DNA of 64,000 nucleotides from Vicugna vicugna (lineage: Eukaryota), in the NCBI GenBank assembly GCA_013265495.1, contig MU058259.1, positions 114,161-178,160 of the forward strand. The letters run 5' to 3'. Shown here one piece after another: positions 26,140 to 39,630 of the stretch. The notes below the pieces were generated by a model, which made no database searches, was not told the origin of the DNA, and was given only the letters and a program-made list of their open reading frames with translations. The number at the start of each line of letters is the position of its first letter. The stretch's first letter is position 1. A program made the position numbers and the translations under genes.

Positions 26140-27590
26140 TTTTTAACTATTTTTTTTAAACAATTGTATTGAGGTATATTTTATATACCATAAAATTCAC
26201 CCATTTAAAAAATTTTTAAATATATTTTTTCTTCCAGTTTTATTGAGATAAAGTTGCCATACAGCACTATATAAGTTTAAGGCGTACAACATAATGATTT
26301 GACTTATGTACATCTTGAAATGATTACCACAGTAAGCTTAGTGAACATCTATCGTCTCATATAGATACAGCATTAAAGAAATAGAAATTTTTTCCTTGTG
26401 TTGAGAACTCTTAGCATTTACTTTCTTAACATTTTTCATATATAACGTGCATCAGTGTTAATTATATTTATCATGTTGTACATTACATTCCTAGTACTTA
26501 TTTATCTTATAACTGAAAATTGGTAACTTCTGACTCTCTCCATCCAGTTCCTTCTCACCTCACCTATCCCTCCCCTGGTAATCACAAATCTGATCTCTTT
26601 TTCTGTGGGTTTGTTTTGTTTGTTTGTTTATTTGTTTTTGAAGTATAATTGACCTACAGCACTTGTTAGTTCCTGTTACACAACATAGTGATTTGATATC
26701 TCTATACATTTCAAACTGATCACCATGATAAGTCAGTCTAGTTATGATATGCCACCATACAAAGATATTATATAATTATTGACTATGTTCTCTACACTAT
26801 ACACCCATTTTAAGTGTGCAATTTAATGACTGTCTAGTAAATTTACTGAGTTGTGCAACCATCACTGTACTCCAGTTTCTAGCACCCCCATAACATCCTT
26901 CATACTCATTTACAGTTGATCTATCTTCCCACTTCAGCTCTGGGCAACAACTAATTTTTCAGTCTCTATAGAGTTGCATTTTCTGGACATTTCATATAAA
27001 TGGAGCAGCCTTTTGCAACTGACTTCTTTCACTTAGCATCATGCTTTTGAGGTTCACTCATGTTCTAGCATGTATTATTATTTCACTCCTTTTTATTTTG
27101 GATAAGTATTATGTAGTTGTGTTTGCACCACATTTTATCTGTCCATTCACCAGTTGATGAACATTTGGGTTGTTTCCACCTTTTGTTTATTATAAATAAT
27201 GCTGCTATGAACATTGACATGTGAATCTTTGTGTGGACTTGTGTTTTCATTTCTCTTGAGTAGATGATACCCAAGAGTGGAATTGCTAGGTTGTAGGGTA
27301 AATTTTGGTTTCAAGTTTAAAGACGTTGCAGACCTGTTTTCCAAATTGACTGTACCATTTTACATTCTCACCAGCAATGTAATGACAGTCCCAGTTCCTT
27401 CACATCCTTAACCCATATTTATTATTGTCTGTTTTTTTTTTTTTTGGATTATTGCCATTTCAGTGGGTGTGAAATGGTGTCTTATTATGGTGATGATTTG
27501 TATTTCTCTGATAACTAATGATGTTGAGCATCTTTTCATGTTGTTATTGGCCACTCATAAATCTTCTTTGCCAAAATATCTATTCAAATG
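26140..27590 (-). mobile_element. L1MB/MC-type 3' region with a nested L1MA9-like insertion (26207-26801)
   Basis: ORF2-like HMSMFIAALFIINKRWKQPKC; the inner element is bounded by TSD cacccattt at 26198-26206 and 26802-26810. Confidence 0.85.
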
Positions 27591-28904
27591 TACAGAATTT
27601 TTGTGTTTAAAAGTAGATATGAGGTGACTACCAGCTCATCCTGCCTCTGGGCACCCAAACAGGATGACTCTTTCCAAGATGAATCCAAGTCCCTCAGGCT
27701 GGTGGTGGGCTGGGATTTCCTGGAGACTAGCTCTTGCATCTGTCACTTAAAACCTTTTCGCTTGAGGATTAGGGAGCAATTGTGTAAACTGCTGAACTAG
27801 AAGAAAAGTATGTTTGTTAAAATAAATGCTTGGTTCGTTTTCTGTGAATTACATTTTTCTTTTCTTATTTTTTTTAAGCAAGTTAACCTTCTGTGGAAAG
27901 AAAAATCACCAAGCTAAGGTTGGATTTATTTAGCTGTTATTCAGATATATGCATATTTTAAAAGATGGGGATTTCAATTGTTTTCTCTTTATGCTTTGTT
28001 TTCCTTTACATTCTGAATACCCGCATCTCCAAGTGAACTGGCACATTCCAAGCAGTTTTCATTTGTGTGACTCTGATTAACAAATGCTGCCACTAAGAAG
28101 GGCCCTTAGATGAGGAATAGAGATGGCACATAGTGAATAAGAATAAATTTCAGACTACCAAATAGCAATGCATCATTAGTGGGATAGTACGTAGGGCTAA
28201 TGGCATTAGGGATAATGGAGAAGCGGAACCAACATGTCTCCTAGAGCTTTGAAGTATGGTCCTGATAGGCTCAGCAGGAAAGGCTGTATTACTAGAAAGC
28301 CCAAACCATTCCCCAGCACTTGTAGAGAATCACCATAGAGTTTACATCTGAACTGAACCCCAGGATATGATGGCTAGGCCTTTCAGAATGGCCTGTAGCA
28401 TGTTCTAAATATGCTGCTGCCAAATCCAGCCAACTCAGGGGCTCAGAATGTGATGGGGGAAAAAACTGATTCTAAGAACTGTCGATACCAGGAGAATGCA
28501 GAGTATCATTATTATTTGTGTCAAAGCTACCTTTATTAGCCAATGGTGGCCACTGGTCAGCAGGAGGATACCGGGAGAGCCACAGGAATAGGCTGAGAGG
28601 GGCTGGACTCCAGATTTCCTCCTTATTCCATTAATCTTGCCCCAAAGATATTGAGGGATATCCTCCAAAGGGACACAGAGGGGAAGGCCCCAGCCACAAG
28701 AGATTCCTACATAAATTGGTTTATTCATTTGTAAAATGAAATAATCATGTAGTAGAGTTGAAGTGAGATAAAATGTATGCATCAGGCTAGCAGAAAGTAG
28801 GCACTCAGTGAACAGAGGCTGTTACTATGCTGTGCTCATACATTCTGAGTGTTTGGCTTGTAGGCAAGACAGTGTACATAGTTAGAATTTCTCCAGCCAT
28901 TGTT

Positions 28905-29950
28905 GTGTCATTGATTGAGTCATTCCTCAACACACATTTTTGAATACCCACTATGGAACATTGATTCTAGATGCAGAGAATTCAGATGTATAAAATGGAG
29001 TCTCTATCCCCAGGTTGTTAAAAATCTAGTTAGGAAGTTAATTCTTGAAGACTGTGTTAATAACTATGGCAGAGGGTTGAATAAGGTACCATTGGAGGAC
29101 AAGAAAGGAAGTGAATCATTGTGCCTGGGATTAAGGAGGGAGCAGAGTCATGGAAGGTATTCCAGAAGAGGTGATATTTGAGCTGGGCTTTGAAGGGTAG
29201 ATAAGAGTTCACTAGGTAGAGATAGCAGGGAGAGTGTTGCCAGAAGACAAAGTAAGAAACTGAATGAATTCACAAGGCTGTGATGTGTTTGGAGAAATTT
29301 AAGTATCCTAGTGATTATTGTGTGGGCATAGGATTGGGCGGTGGTAGGATTGAGAAGGTACGGACTGAAAATATACTTCAGGGTGAGATTTTGTGAAGGA
29401 AAAGCCGGACTGGTCTAACAAGATAACTTACAAGTCTAGGAATGTGAAGGAGAGGCTGGGCTGGCAGGATAAGTCACAAATCTAAGTATTGGAATACTGA
29501 TCTGAGTTCTTCTGCTAGACTAACTTGTAAATCTAGGTTAGTTAGTGTTGTTTTGCCGTTCATGTTTTTTTGCTAGCCAGCTGGGTTTCAAAGATACATA
29601 TCTGGCTTTGGAATGTTGGTTTGCTGCCTCCCCGCCTCCACTTTTGTGATGATAATGCTGCTAAAGCTGTTCCATGCCTATTGGCCGAATACCCCAAGCT
29701 TGTACTTTACCCTGTAAAACCTCATGCACACATCTTGGAGGTGCTCAGAGCTTTGGAGCAGAAGCCCCTCTGAGCCCGCCGGCCTAATACATCTGAGTAC
29801 TCCAACCCTCCGAGTGGTTGCTTGTTTCTTGACTGGCCTGTCGTTTCTGTAACAATTTCAGAAGGCCCTAAATGGCATTTTAAGGACTTTAAACTAAACA
29901 CTACAGGCAGAAAGAAAACAGAATGGGTTCTGGCAGGAGTGGCATGAGTA
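28905..29950 (-). mobile_element. L2 fragment interrupted by a solo LTR
   Basis: tcattcctcaacacacatttttgaataccc...gaggtgatatttgagctgggctttgaagg...; resumes gaaggccctaaatgg...aaggacttt after the LTR. Confidence 0.7.
29392..29854 (+). mobile_element. ERV1-class solo LTR (463 bp)
   Basis: TG...CA termini (tgtgaagg...ctgtaaca), 4-bp TSD attt at 29388-29391 and 29855-29858; R/U5-like gctcagagctttggagcagaagcccctctgagcccgccggc. Confidence 0.82.
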
Positions 29951-30944
29951 TTTTCCCAAATTAAAAATGTTTTTTAACTTGCTAGGCGTATGTCAACTAA
30001 TAAACATAATATAACCCAGTTGTCCAATCTCTTTAGAAAAATGACTTAAGGAAGGAGAAATTCAAATTTTAATCAGAAGCCTGATAGATCACCTGACCTC
30101 TGACCATCGATTACAAAAAAATTCCATTACAATAAAAACCATTATAAAGACTGCCTGCTACACTGCTATTTCTCTCTCAAGGCAGATGGCTTAGAAACAC
30201 CATTTTCTTTTTATCTAGTCACAATAACTTATATACAATGGATAACCCTGTGCAATAAATTCCATCTTTGTTCCCTACGCATGTAACAGTCCCTTTTCTG
30301 CAGGGAAAGCAACTGCTCCTGGATCACAGGCAGAAAGAGGAGGCTGAGTTGAACTGTAGCTGAACTCCGTTTAGTTTTTCTCTTCAACTATCAATCCCCA
30401 ACTATTCCTTGACCTCCCTTTACCATCTCCCCCACAAACATTCCAGTCCCTTTGTTCAGAAAAGCACATTGAGACTCCCAAACCACCCACCCAACTTCCC
30501 AAACAAAACACTCTAACCCCAAATATCTGGAGCTCAAAAAGGAACCCCTGCTGATTTCCAAATAAGGTGGATTCTTGGCATCTGAAGATTCAACAACTGC
30601 CATTCCAACTCTTCGTGAGTGACTCTGACAGTCATTTCTATTTTTGGTGGGGCATGAATTTCAAACACTGCAGCAAGCCTCTTACAGGGGAAAGTCAGAC
30701 AATTGCTAGCATCCATATCTCAAGGTGGCTTTGTTTTCTCTGCTTGACACATACACATTCTTGCTCAGGAAGTTCTGTTTCACTGCATTTGAGGAGGAGT
30801 GCTATGTTTTATGGATATTAACCAAATCAAAAATTCATAGATGGTCTTGTGGTTAATACCTTAGGAATGTTGCAGACCTGTTCTGTTTCTAATACTTGCT
30901 GTTACTGAATGGGGACATGGTCCATGTGTATGTGTGTGTTCTAA

Positions 30945-31595
30945 CCTTAGTTTTGAAAAAAAAATGTAAACCTACAGAAAAATGATGGAAATAGTATGAT
31001 AAACTTCTATAAACTTTCACCTAGATTTACTTATTAACATTTTTCAGAAGGTAAGACAATAAGGCCAAGTAATTGATGAGACAGAATATTAATTAAGGTA
31101 ACTCTAGCTACTCTAACAGACATCCAAATCTCTCTCTATATGTATATATTGTTATCATTATTTACTGAACCATTGAGACTAACTTGCTGACATTGTGACC
31201 CTTCATCTCTAAATATTTCAGTATGTAATGGCATTCTTTTACAAAACCACAGTGCACTTATCCAATTCAGGAAACTGAGCATTGATACACCACCATTAGC
31301 TAGTATAGAGTCCATATTCAAATTTTGCAGATTGTTTCAATAATGTCCTTTAGAGTGATTTTTAAAAAATAGTCCATGTTCCAATCCAGTCTTAAGCACT
31401 GCATTCGGTAGTCAGGTCTTTAGTCCCCTTAATCTGGAACAGTTCTCCCTTCTATCTTTGTGAAGTTTCATGACACTGACTGATTTTGAACAGTACAGTC
31501 CCATTGTTTCCTAAAACGTTCCTTGATTTGGGTTTATCTGATGCTTCCTTATGAATGGATTTGAGTTATGCATTTTGGACCAGAACTTTACTTGG
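30945..31595 (-). mobile_element. L1MC4-like 3' fragments
   Basis: tttactgaaccattgaga...ctaaatatttcagt...aaattcaggaaa...tttaatctggaacagttc...gggtttatctgatg. Confidence 0.7.
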
Positions 31596-31636
31596 ACTTT
31601 AATTTTTACTCTAGTTAACTAAGAATGAGATTTTCA

Positions 31637-32433
31637 GAATGGCCATGATTTAAAAAGTCCATGATAATGATAAATGCTGGAGAGGGTGTGGAGAAAAGGG
31701 AACCCTCCTACACTGTTGGTGGGAATGTAAATTAGTACAGCCACTAAGGAAAACAGTATGGAGATTCCTTAAAAAGCTAAAAATAGACTTACCATTTGAC
31801 CCAGCAATCCCACTCCTGGGCATATATCTGGAGAAAACTCTAATTCGAAAAGATGCATGCACCCCAATGCTCATAGCAGCACTATTTACAATAGCCAAGA
31901 CATAGAGGCAACCCAAATATCCATTGACAGATGAATAGATAAAGAAGATGTGGTACATATATACAATGGAACATTACTTAGCCATAAAAAAGAATGAAAT
32001 AATGCCATTTGCAGCAACATGAATGGCCCTAGAGATTATCATACTAAGTAAAGTGAGACTGAGAAAGACAAATATCATATGATATCACTTATATGTGGAA
32101 TGAAAAATAATGACACAAATGAACTTATTTACAAAACAGACTCACAGACATAGAAAACAAACTTATGGTTACCAGGCAGGAAAGGGGGTAGAGGAGGGAT
32201 AAATTAGGAGTATGGGATTAGCAGATACAAACTACTATATATAAAATAGATAAACAGCAAGGACCTATTGTATAACACAAGGAACTATGTTAAATATCTT
32301 GTAGTAACCTATAACGAAAAAGAATTTAGAAAAGAATATATACGTACATATAATTAAATCACTATGCTGTACACCAGAAGCTAACACAACACTGTAAATC
32401 AACTATACTTCAACTTAAAACTCACACACAAAA
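31637..32433 (+). mobile_element. Artiodactyl-type L1, 5'-truncated, complete 3' end
   Basis: aaatgctggagagggtgtggagaaaagggaaccc...actgtaaatcaactatacttcaa; 16-bp TSD with 2 mismatches, aagaatgagattttca (31621-31636) and aagaacgtgattttca (32434-32449). Confidence 0.93.
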
Positions 32434-33611
32434 AAGAACGTGATTTTCAAACACTACAGTCATTATCAAAAAATTTTCCTGCCACAAAATATTGTGGGTA
32501 GATTCCAAGGAGACTCATTTTAGTGGAATTAGTGTACCTTTACTAACACAGAGTATGAAAATCACTTCCCAGGTTGCTGATGTAGAGTAGCAGTCGACAC
32601 AGCAAACAGTCCTTCTCATAGGTCACCTCCTTCTGACATTGCAAGTCTGTCCACAGAGTCTTGGTGCTTCAGTATTTTCTTTTGCCGCAGCACACTGCTG
32701 TCCTTCAGTAAAGCATCTGAAAGGCAGTAATGGAGGGAGTGTGCAGACATGGAATGGCATTTACCCTCAAAGAGCTGACAGTGACCAAATCTTCATTAGT
32801 GTTATAAAACACACCAAAAAATATAATAAATAATTCACATCAAACTGTACTTAGCAAAACATGAAAAGTTCATTTTGTGATGCAGCACCTTGATTTGGAT
32901 TGTTGTGAATTCTTAATTATTCGTTAAATGGGCATGGATGGTCTCCACTCACTGACACTGGTAAGAATTCAAGAGTTTTCACTGATTCAAATGTGGAGTG
33001 CTGAGCCTCATAGGATAGGATGTGGAAACAATATAAACTTATATGTGTACTTATTTCTTCCTTCTTTCATTCCCTCAAGAAAATGTGGACTGCAAAGCTA
33101 CTTTAATATCAGGCTTTCCGTAAAGTGTCAGGCTTTTGGGGATTAAAGACCTAGTCCTTGACTTCAAGAAGCTTATTAGAACTTGATATTTGGGCTCAAA
33201 AGCCAGAGCCCAAGTTGTCCTCTTGCTTAATAACATCACTTCACATCTTGTCCCAACTTATGTGGGAACTTCCCCGTGTTAATTTCGTGACTCTTGCTTC
33301 AGCCTGTTGGTTCAGCATTGCTGACATCATATATAAGCATGTCGCTATACCTCTCCAGGAGCTAAGAAGCCCTCCTTCAGGGTTGTCACATATCATGACC
33401 CTGTCTTCAATCAGCTACTGACCTTTTTAGCCTGCATTCTCCCAACTTTCAGTGGCCTTCAGTGCCTCTCCATGTTAAGGTCTGCAGAGGTGTCCTTTAT
33501 GCCTTAGATTATACCATGTAGATCTATCAGCTCAATAAAAATCCATTACAGTGTGAACCCCGTATAATAGAAGTAACACTGGACTTGGATTCAGGTGATG
33601 TGAGTTCCTGG

Positions 33612-34010
33612 CTGTGTCAATGTTGTTCATTACACCTGTGTTCTCCTCTTCTTGGGTACACAGTTAGTCTTCATTTTCTAGGCTCTCTTGCAGTTAGGTA
33701 TGGCCATGTCACTGAGTTCTAGTCAGCAGAATGTGAGTAGAATGGATATCTATGTATATATCACTTCTAGGCCTGACTCATAGAAATGTGTGCTGCCATA
33801 CTCTTTGCCTTCTTGCAGAGAAGACACATGTTGGTGGTGGAGCCATAAGATACCAGGCACCTGGATACCTGAATCACCATATGGACCCCTGCTTTCCATA
33901 GTAAACAGAGATACCCACATTGGATTATTCTGGAACCAAGAAATACATGTCTGTGTATTAAGTCCCTGAGATTTTGGTGTCAGAATAGCTATTGTTACTT
34001 AACATATACC
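33612..34010 (+). mobile_element. MLT1J/K-like LTR with MIR fragments on both sides (~33560-33610, ~34050-34220)
   Basis: cttgcagttaggtatggccatgtcactgagttctag...gaatgtgag...cctgaatcacc...aagtccctgagattt. Confidence 0.65.
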
Positions 34011-34574
34011 CTGTCACACCAATAACTTTGACTCATCGTCTTCTGTTCTTTCTACCCTTGGGCAAGTTACTTAGCCTCTCAGAATCTCCATAAGCTCCTC
34101 TGTCAGTGGGGATAATAAGGTAGGCACTCAGCTCCATTTTGTAGATGGAAGGATTGAAATAGGTAACATTTGCAAAGATACTTTGTAGATGATTTTACAA
34201 ATATAAGGTGTTATTATTGGATCTTGCCTCCATAGGTAACTAATATAATGTCTTCCATTCAGGCACCTCAGTTTCTAACCTAATTAAGCAACATTTCCTG
34301 CCAAATGTATAACTGGGCCTCTGGAGCACCTGTACTGCTCGGCCATGTAAATCAGGGTGAAGGGGGCACTCGGACCTTGCTGACTCCCTCCAACATGTCA
34401 GTCTGTGGACTGTGCCTACCTCAGCCAGCTCTGACCGCTCCCCACTGCCTAGATGGTGCTCTGGAACTTGATCTCTTGACTAAATAATTCGTATGATCAT
34501 CTAAGGCCCAATTGTAGGTATCAGAACTATGAATTTCCCAAGCCTTTCCTGGATCCCTAAAAGTCTCATTATAA

Positions 34575-34760
34575 TAGCAAACATAATATTGAGTGCTCCT
34601 AATATAGTTATTGCATGCATTACCCCAGGTCATCTTCACAGCCACCTAAGGAAGGAGATACTTTCTCATCCCCATTTTGCAGATGATAAAACTGAGGCTT
34701 ACAGAGGTTAAGAAATTTACTTGAAGTCACTCGGTTTCAAACTCTCAAAGACCTATGCTG
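34575..34760 (-). mobile_element. MIR SINE
   Basis: ccccattttgcagatgataaaactgaggcttacagaggttaag. Confidence 0.8.
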
Positions 34761-35664
34761 TCAACGTCTATGTATCCAATGTTTAACTCTTTTGCTTCAT
34801 CACCCAGTACTACTCTTCTAAGAGTCTCATTGCTGAGAAAGCCAAATCTCCTTGTAAGAGAAAATGATTTTACTTTTTGAAAGGAGCCAGCAACAATTAT
34901 CCCTTTAGATGTTTCAAATGGACATTAATATTCCTGTATACTTTCCTTTGAATTTATTATTTATCTTATTCATTGTACTTTAATTTGCCTAAGAGCTATA
35001 TTAATGCAATTTTTAAATTTTAAGAAAGAACTCTGTGGGGCAATTGCACAACATTATAGCATCAATGTTCAGCATCTGAGAGGAAGTGCAGGGGTGTGTT
35101 GTCTTCCTGCTTGCATAGAGCTGACTGCTTTCAATGGGTTCTGTGTTGAGATGTGAACTTAAATCTATTCCTGTGTGCTTTATGCACTGGTTAGGGGACA
35201 CCCTGGACATTTTCTGCTCTACTGGTTGTAATCGCCTGACAAAAAAGGGGCAAAATCATTGGGTTATTTCACTTGATATCTGACAGGGACTTAACATTCC
35301 CGATTGCATGTCTTTGGTGAACCAGTATCCCATGGGATCTTTCTATACTGATTCCCAACTTGTGCCCTAGCAGAAGCTGAAGAATTCAGTTGCCAAGCAA
35401 ATATGTCCTGTGCTGTTAAGGAAAGGCAGTATGTGACAGTTTTTTCTCATGAAGTTTATAAACTCAGGAGTAAACTAGCTCTGAGTTGAACTCTTGAAAC
35501 TTCAAAGTATTCAATCCCTCTGAAATTCGGAGAGGCTAAATCTTATTTTGATATCTCCGTTATCATCAAAAGTTTCAACTCATGAGTAAGGGAACACTTC
35601 CCATGGGACAGTATCACTGAATTCGTCATTGAAGTCAAAAGGAAAGGAGTACTAGATTGGCCAA

Positions 35665-35840
35665 TACTTCATATGCATCTCCTCTAATTCTCCAACCACT
35701 TTGCAAGGTAGGTCTTCTTTGTTCCATCTTACAGAGGAAGAAGCTATGCTAAGCAGACCTAATTAACTGGCCCAAGATGCACAGCTAATAAGTGGCAGAT
35801 CCAGGCTATGAAGCCAGACAATTATGGCCTCACAGCCCAT
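35665..35840 (-). mobile_element. MIR SINE
   Basis: gcaaggtagg...ccatcttacagaggaag...gcccaagatgcacagctaataagtggcag. Confidence 0.75.
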
Positions 35841-38800
35841 ACCCAGTGACCTCTCTGCTCGGAACACATCTGTTTCCTAAATAAGGAATTCCTATAATCT
35901 AAACATCCATAGGAAGTTGTTAAGAAGGGACTGCAAAGCAAGAAGCAGAAGGTCTGCTTTGTCAGAACCTTTCTGGGCAGCTATGGTGAGCCTGCCCTCT
36001 TCATTGTGCATTCCCCACAAAAGAACCTCTGCAGACACCAGAGGCCTCCCTGCCAGGGAATGAGAGAGGACCAGGCAGGGGAGATCTTGGTGAATATCAG
36101 GAAGATGGAGCCAAAGAAACCCATGTACCTCTAATTAAACAACATGCCTTCCATGGCTGGCTCAATGTCCTGCTCCTTCTCAAAGCGTACCCAGAGAGTT
36201 TCAGCTTTGGCAATGGCCTGTGAGATTTCATGCTCCTTTTCCCCATGTAATAAAAAAGTCATTTTTGCCTCAAGCTAAGGGAAACACTGGCATTTTTAAC
36301 TTTAAAATGTTTGGGTGAGGTTTGTTGTTGTTGTATTAGATTAATTGTTCCTGTTGTTTGGAAATCTTGTGGACATTCGCAGTTCTCGGTTCCCTTGCTG
36401 AACTTTTTTGGAAACTTCTATGGAAACGAGGGTTAAACGCAGAGGAATGAGATTGGTTTTTATACTCCCAAGTCTCTGGGTGGGTAGAAAATTTTAAAAA
36501 CTGCGCCTGTTAGGTTTATATGTTGTACAATTCAGTCCTGGCCTTGGTAGAGAGCAGACAACTGGCAAGGGTACCATCTTCCTCTTGACTCCTTGTAAAA
36601 CTAGAGTAAGATGCCTCATTTTGTGTTCACTGACCAGTCTAGGGGAGGTTTTACCCATGTGCTCATCTTCCTTTGCTTATTAATTCCCCCTAAAAGGAAA
36701 GCAGAAAAGAAAGATCCAACCTTTCATAATTCTAACTATACAGGAAAGAAGCAAAGCAGAGCCTTCACCAAGAATTCAGATGTTCATTGTGGTGGTCAGA
36801 CCTCACCACATAGGCTCCAAATTCCAAATGAGCTTTGCCTGTTTCCCCATTGTCTCTCTTGCCATCTTGGGCCTGAACCATAATGTGTCACCTTTGGCTT
36901 TTTGCAGCACATACAATTGCCTTGTTCAGCCTCACCCTCTAAGGGTATCCTCTTTCTGCTTTAAGGGTCAGGGAAATTACCCTAAAGTGATACCCTCTTT
37001 AAAAATTCCTCACCCCCTCCCTCCTAGCACCACTCTCTCATCCAAGTCCAATTGGAACCCTCCAGTTTTTCCCTCTTCCTCTCCGTTTCTGAGGGTAGAA
37101 AACATTCCATTTTTCTCTTTCCTTTTGGTGACTCGAATGTCTCAGAGGATATTTATGGGGGTGTCATCTACTCCCTACCCCACATCCTACTCACGTTTCC
37201 AGATCCTAGAGGTTTCTTTGGTAGGAGCGCATCTGCCCCATCTGCCAAATTTTCCGACTTTGGAAACTGAATGAAGGGAGTGAGTCTTGCCGTCTGTTGA
37301 CAAATTTCTGTGGTGTGCCAACCAAGTGCTTGGCCCTGGAGATGCAGTGAGGAGAAGACATAGCCCTGCTCTCGTGGGGACTCCTTCTTAGTTAAGGGCC
37401 AGACTTGCCGTCATCTAGGCTCCTCTGTCACTCCACCCTAAGCCCCAGGGGGAATGGTAAGCAGTGCCAGAGTCTTCCATCCTAACTTTGACTCCTCACC
37501 CATCACCACCATCACTTGTGCTACTTTCATAACACGTCCCAGAAAGCTCCACCTAACTGTGCACTGACATTTGGGGGTGCTCGTAAACACCCCCAATTCC
37601 CAGAGTCAGGTACCTGAGCACTTTTCTAGCCTCTTTAAAAAAAATTTTTACATTCATTCTACAAAGATTTATTTTTACTTAACATATATATTTTTTAAAT
37701 TTTATTTTTTATTGAAGTGTAGTTGATTTACAATGTTAGTTTCAGGCCTCTTTCTTACATATGTGATTTGATAGGTACATTTTGACTACATGAGAAACAT
37801 TCTTGGCAGTTCTCCCCAAGTTTACATCAGCCAGATAAGTGACTTCCAGTTAAGGGCAGGTCACTATATCCTTAGTTTCTATAAAATCTCTCTCCACACA
37901 TTCTCCTTTGACTTAGGGGTAGACTAGAAAGAAAATAATTATCTTAAATCTTATTTTACATGTCACAGTATGAAGATTTATCCCAGACACAAGCATGCAT
38001 TCTTAATTATAATCACAGCATTGATCTGAGCAAGTGTAAGATACATAGCCGCAAGTTGCTGTTGGTTTTGCATTACCATTTTAGTGCAATTAATGCCTAC
38101 CACTAAGGCATCATCTTAATGCATGAGACAAAATTAAAAAGAAGCTTGAAATGTTATATCCTATCCAGGAAATGTTGTTACTATTGCATTTTAAAGTTGA
38201 GAAGTTAAGGTTTTCATTTTTAATTGCATTACTGAGTGATTTGTCTTAAGGGAACCTAATTGTGAAGAATATAAATTACTTTGCAGGTTTATGGTGAGGG
38301 GCTAGTAATCCTTTTGGGAAACAAACAAGCAAATTAGAATTCAGCAACATTCAATAGTAAAGTGTAAAATTTCTATCTGGTTGTAACTGTTAAAAAGCCT
38401 TTTTACAGGAATATTGTAATCAATAATTTGATCATTCATGAAGCGTTTTTGCTGTGATTTGTGGGTAACAACACAAAGGCAGAAAGCTTGTAGGGCTTCA
38501 GGGCCACTGCCTTCCCCTTCATTTTCCTCCCTGAAGGTTTCCTCTTCTCTCACAAGGGCCCAATCTTCCCAGAGCCCTCCCTGGAGTGCCTGCTCAGACC
38601 ACCAGCCTCATTCTCCAGGGCAGTGCCCCAGGTTTGCAAATTCTCTTTTCCTCTTTTACCTTCACAACTGCTGTTCTTTCCCTCTGAGCCACTCAGCTAG
38701 CTATTAGGGGAAAGCAGCTGATTAAATAAAGTCACACTCCAGTGTTGATGAATAAAAGCACTTAGCGCTCCCTGGGGTGTCTGCAGCTGAGACCTTGAGC

Positions 38801-39419
38801 CTTTATAATGGTGGAATTTCAGGCTGGTGTGAATATAATTTTTGGTGTGTTTTTTGATGCCACTCAAATCATACCACTTGTGGATGCTAAAGGAGCTGGT
38901 ATAAAAGGATTTCATGAAATGAAATTTTGCCTAAGGCCTTTCTTCCAGGGTTTCAAATGGTTAGGAAGAGGTCACTCTCCTGGTCTCAGGAAAGTTTTAT
39001 ATGGGTCACATCCATTTGCCCCTTCTTTGAACTACTGTGTGACCTTCAACCATAGATGTTGCCTTGTAGAAATGTAGCAGTGTTCCTTGTGCCAATTCAT
39101 TCCCTATGAATGGAATCCTGACTTCAGTAGAAATAAAGCAGATCCTTAACATTTGCCAAGGAGGTATTCCCAGGTCTTTTGTTTTCCCATGAAAGAAAGT
39201 AAAGTGTAGCTTCCCAGGTGTTAATGCACCAGACAATAACAACAAACATTTCCTTTGTTTCCAGCACTGCTCCATGTGCTTTCCACAGACATAGAATGAA
39301 TTCATGAAACTAAAGAAGTGTAAAATTAATTTATATAATTTAAATTTTGAATGATGGTTTTTGTGAGTTTGTACCATTTTTACCTCTGAAATTATTAAAA
39401 CTTAAAATGGCACTAACAC

Positions 39420-39630
39420 GTTCAGGCCATCCTGTGTTAGCTCGTTTAATTGTCATGGCAATTTTAACATGTAGGTAGCATTATTCACCCCATTTCATGA
39501 ATGGGAAAACAAAAGCATTGGGAGATTAATTTGCCCAATGTTAAACAGCTAGTAAGGGGCAAATGTGGGATTATAAACCCGGGAAGTGTAATCCCAGTGT
39601 TCATGCTCTTAGCCAGTATGCCACATTGCC
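39420..39630 (-). mobile_element. MIR SINE
   Basis: gtaggtagcattattcaccccatttc...ttgcccaatgttaaacagctagtaag. Confidence 0.7.

Noticed and set aside
37571..37596. 9-bp inverted repeat ttgggggtg/cacccccaa
   Set aside because: Short enough to arise by chance, with no supporting context.
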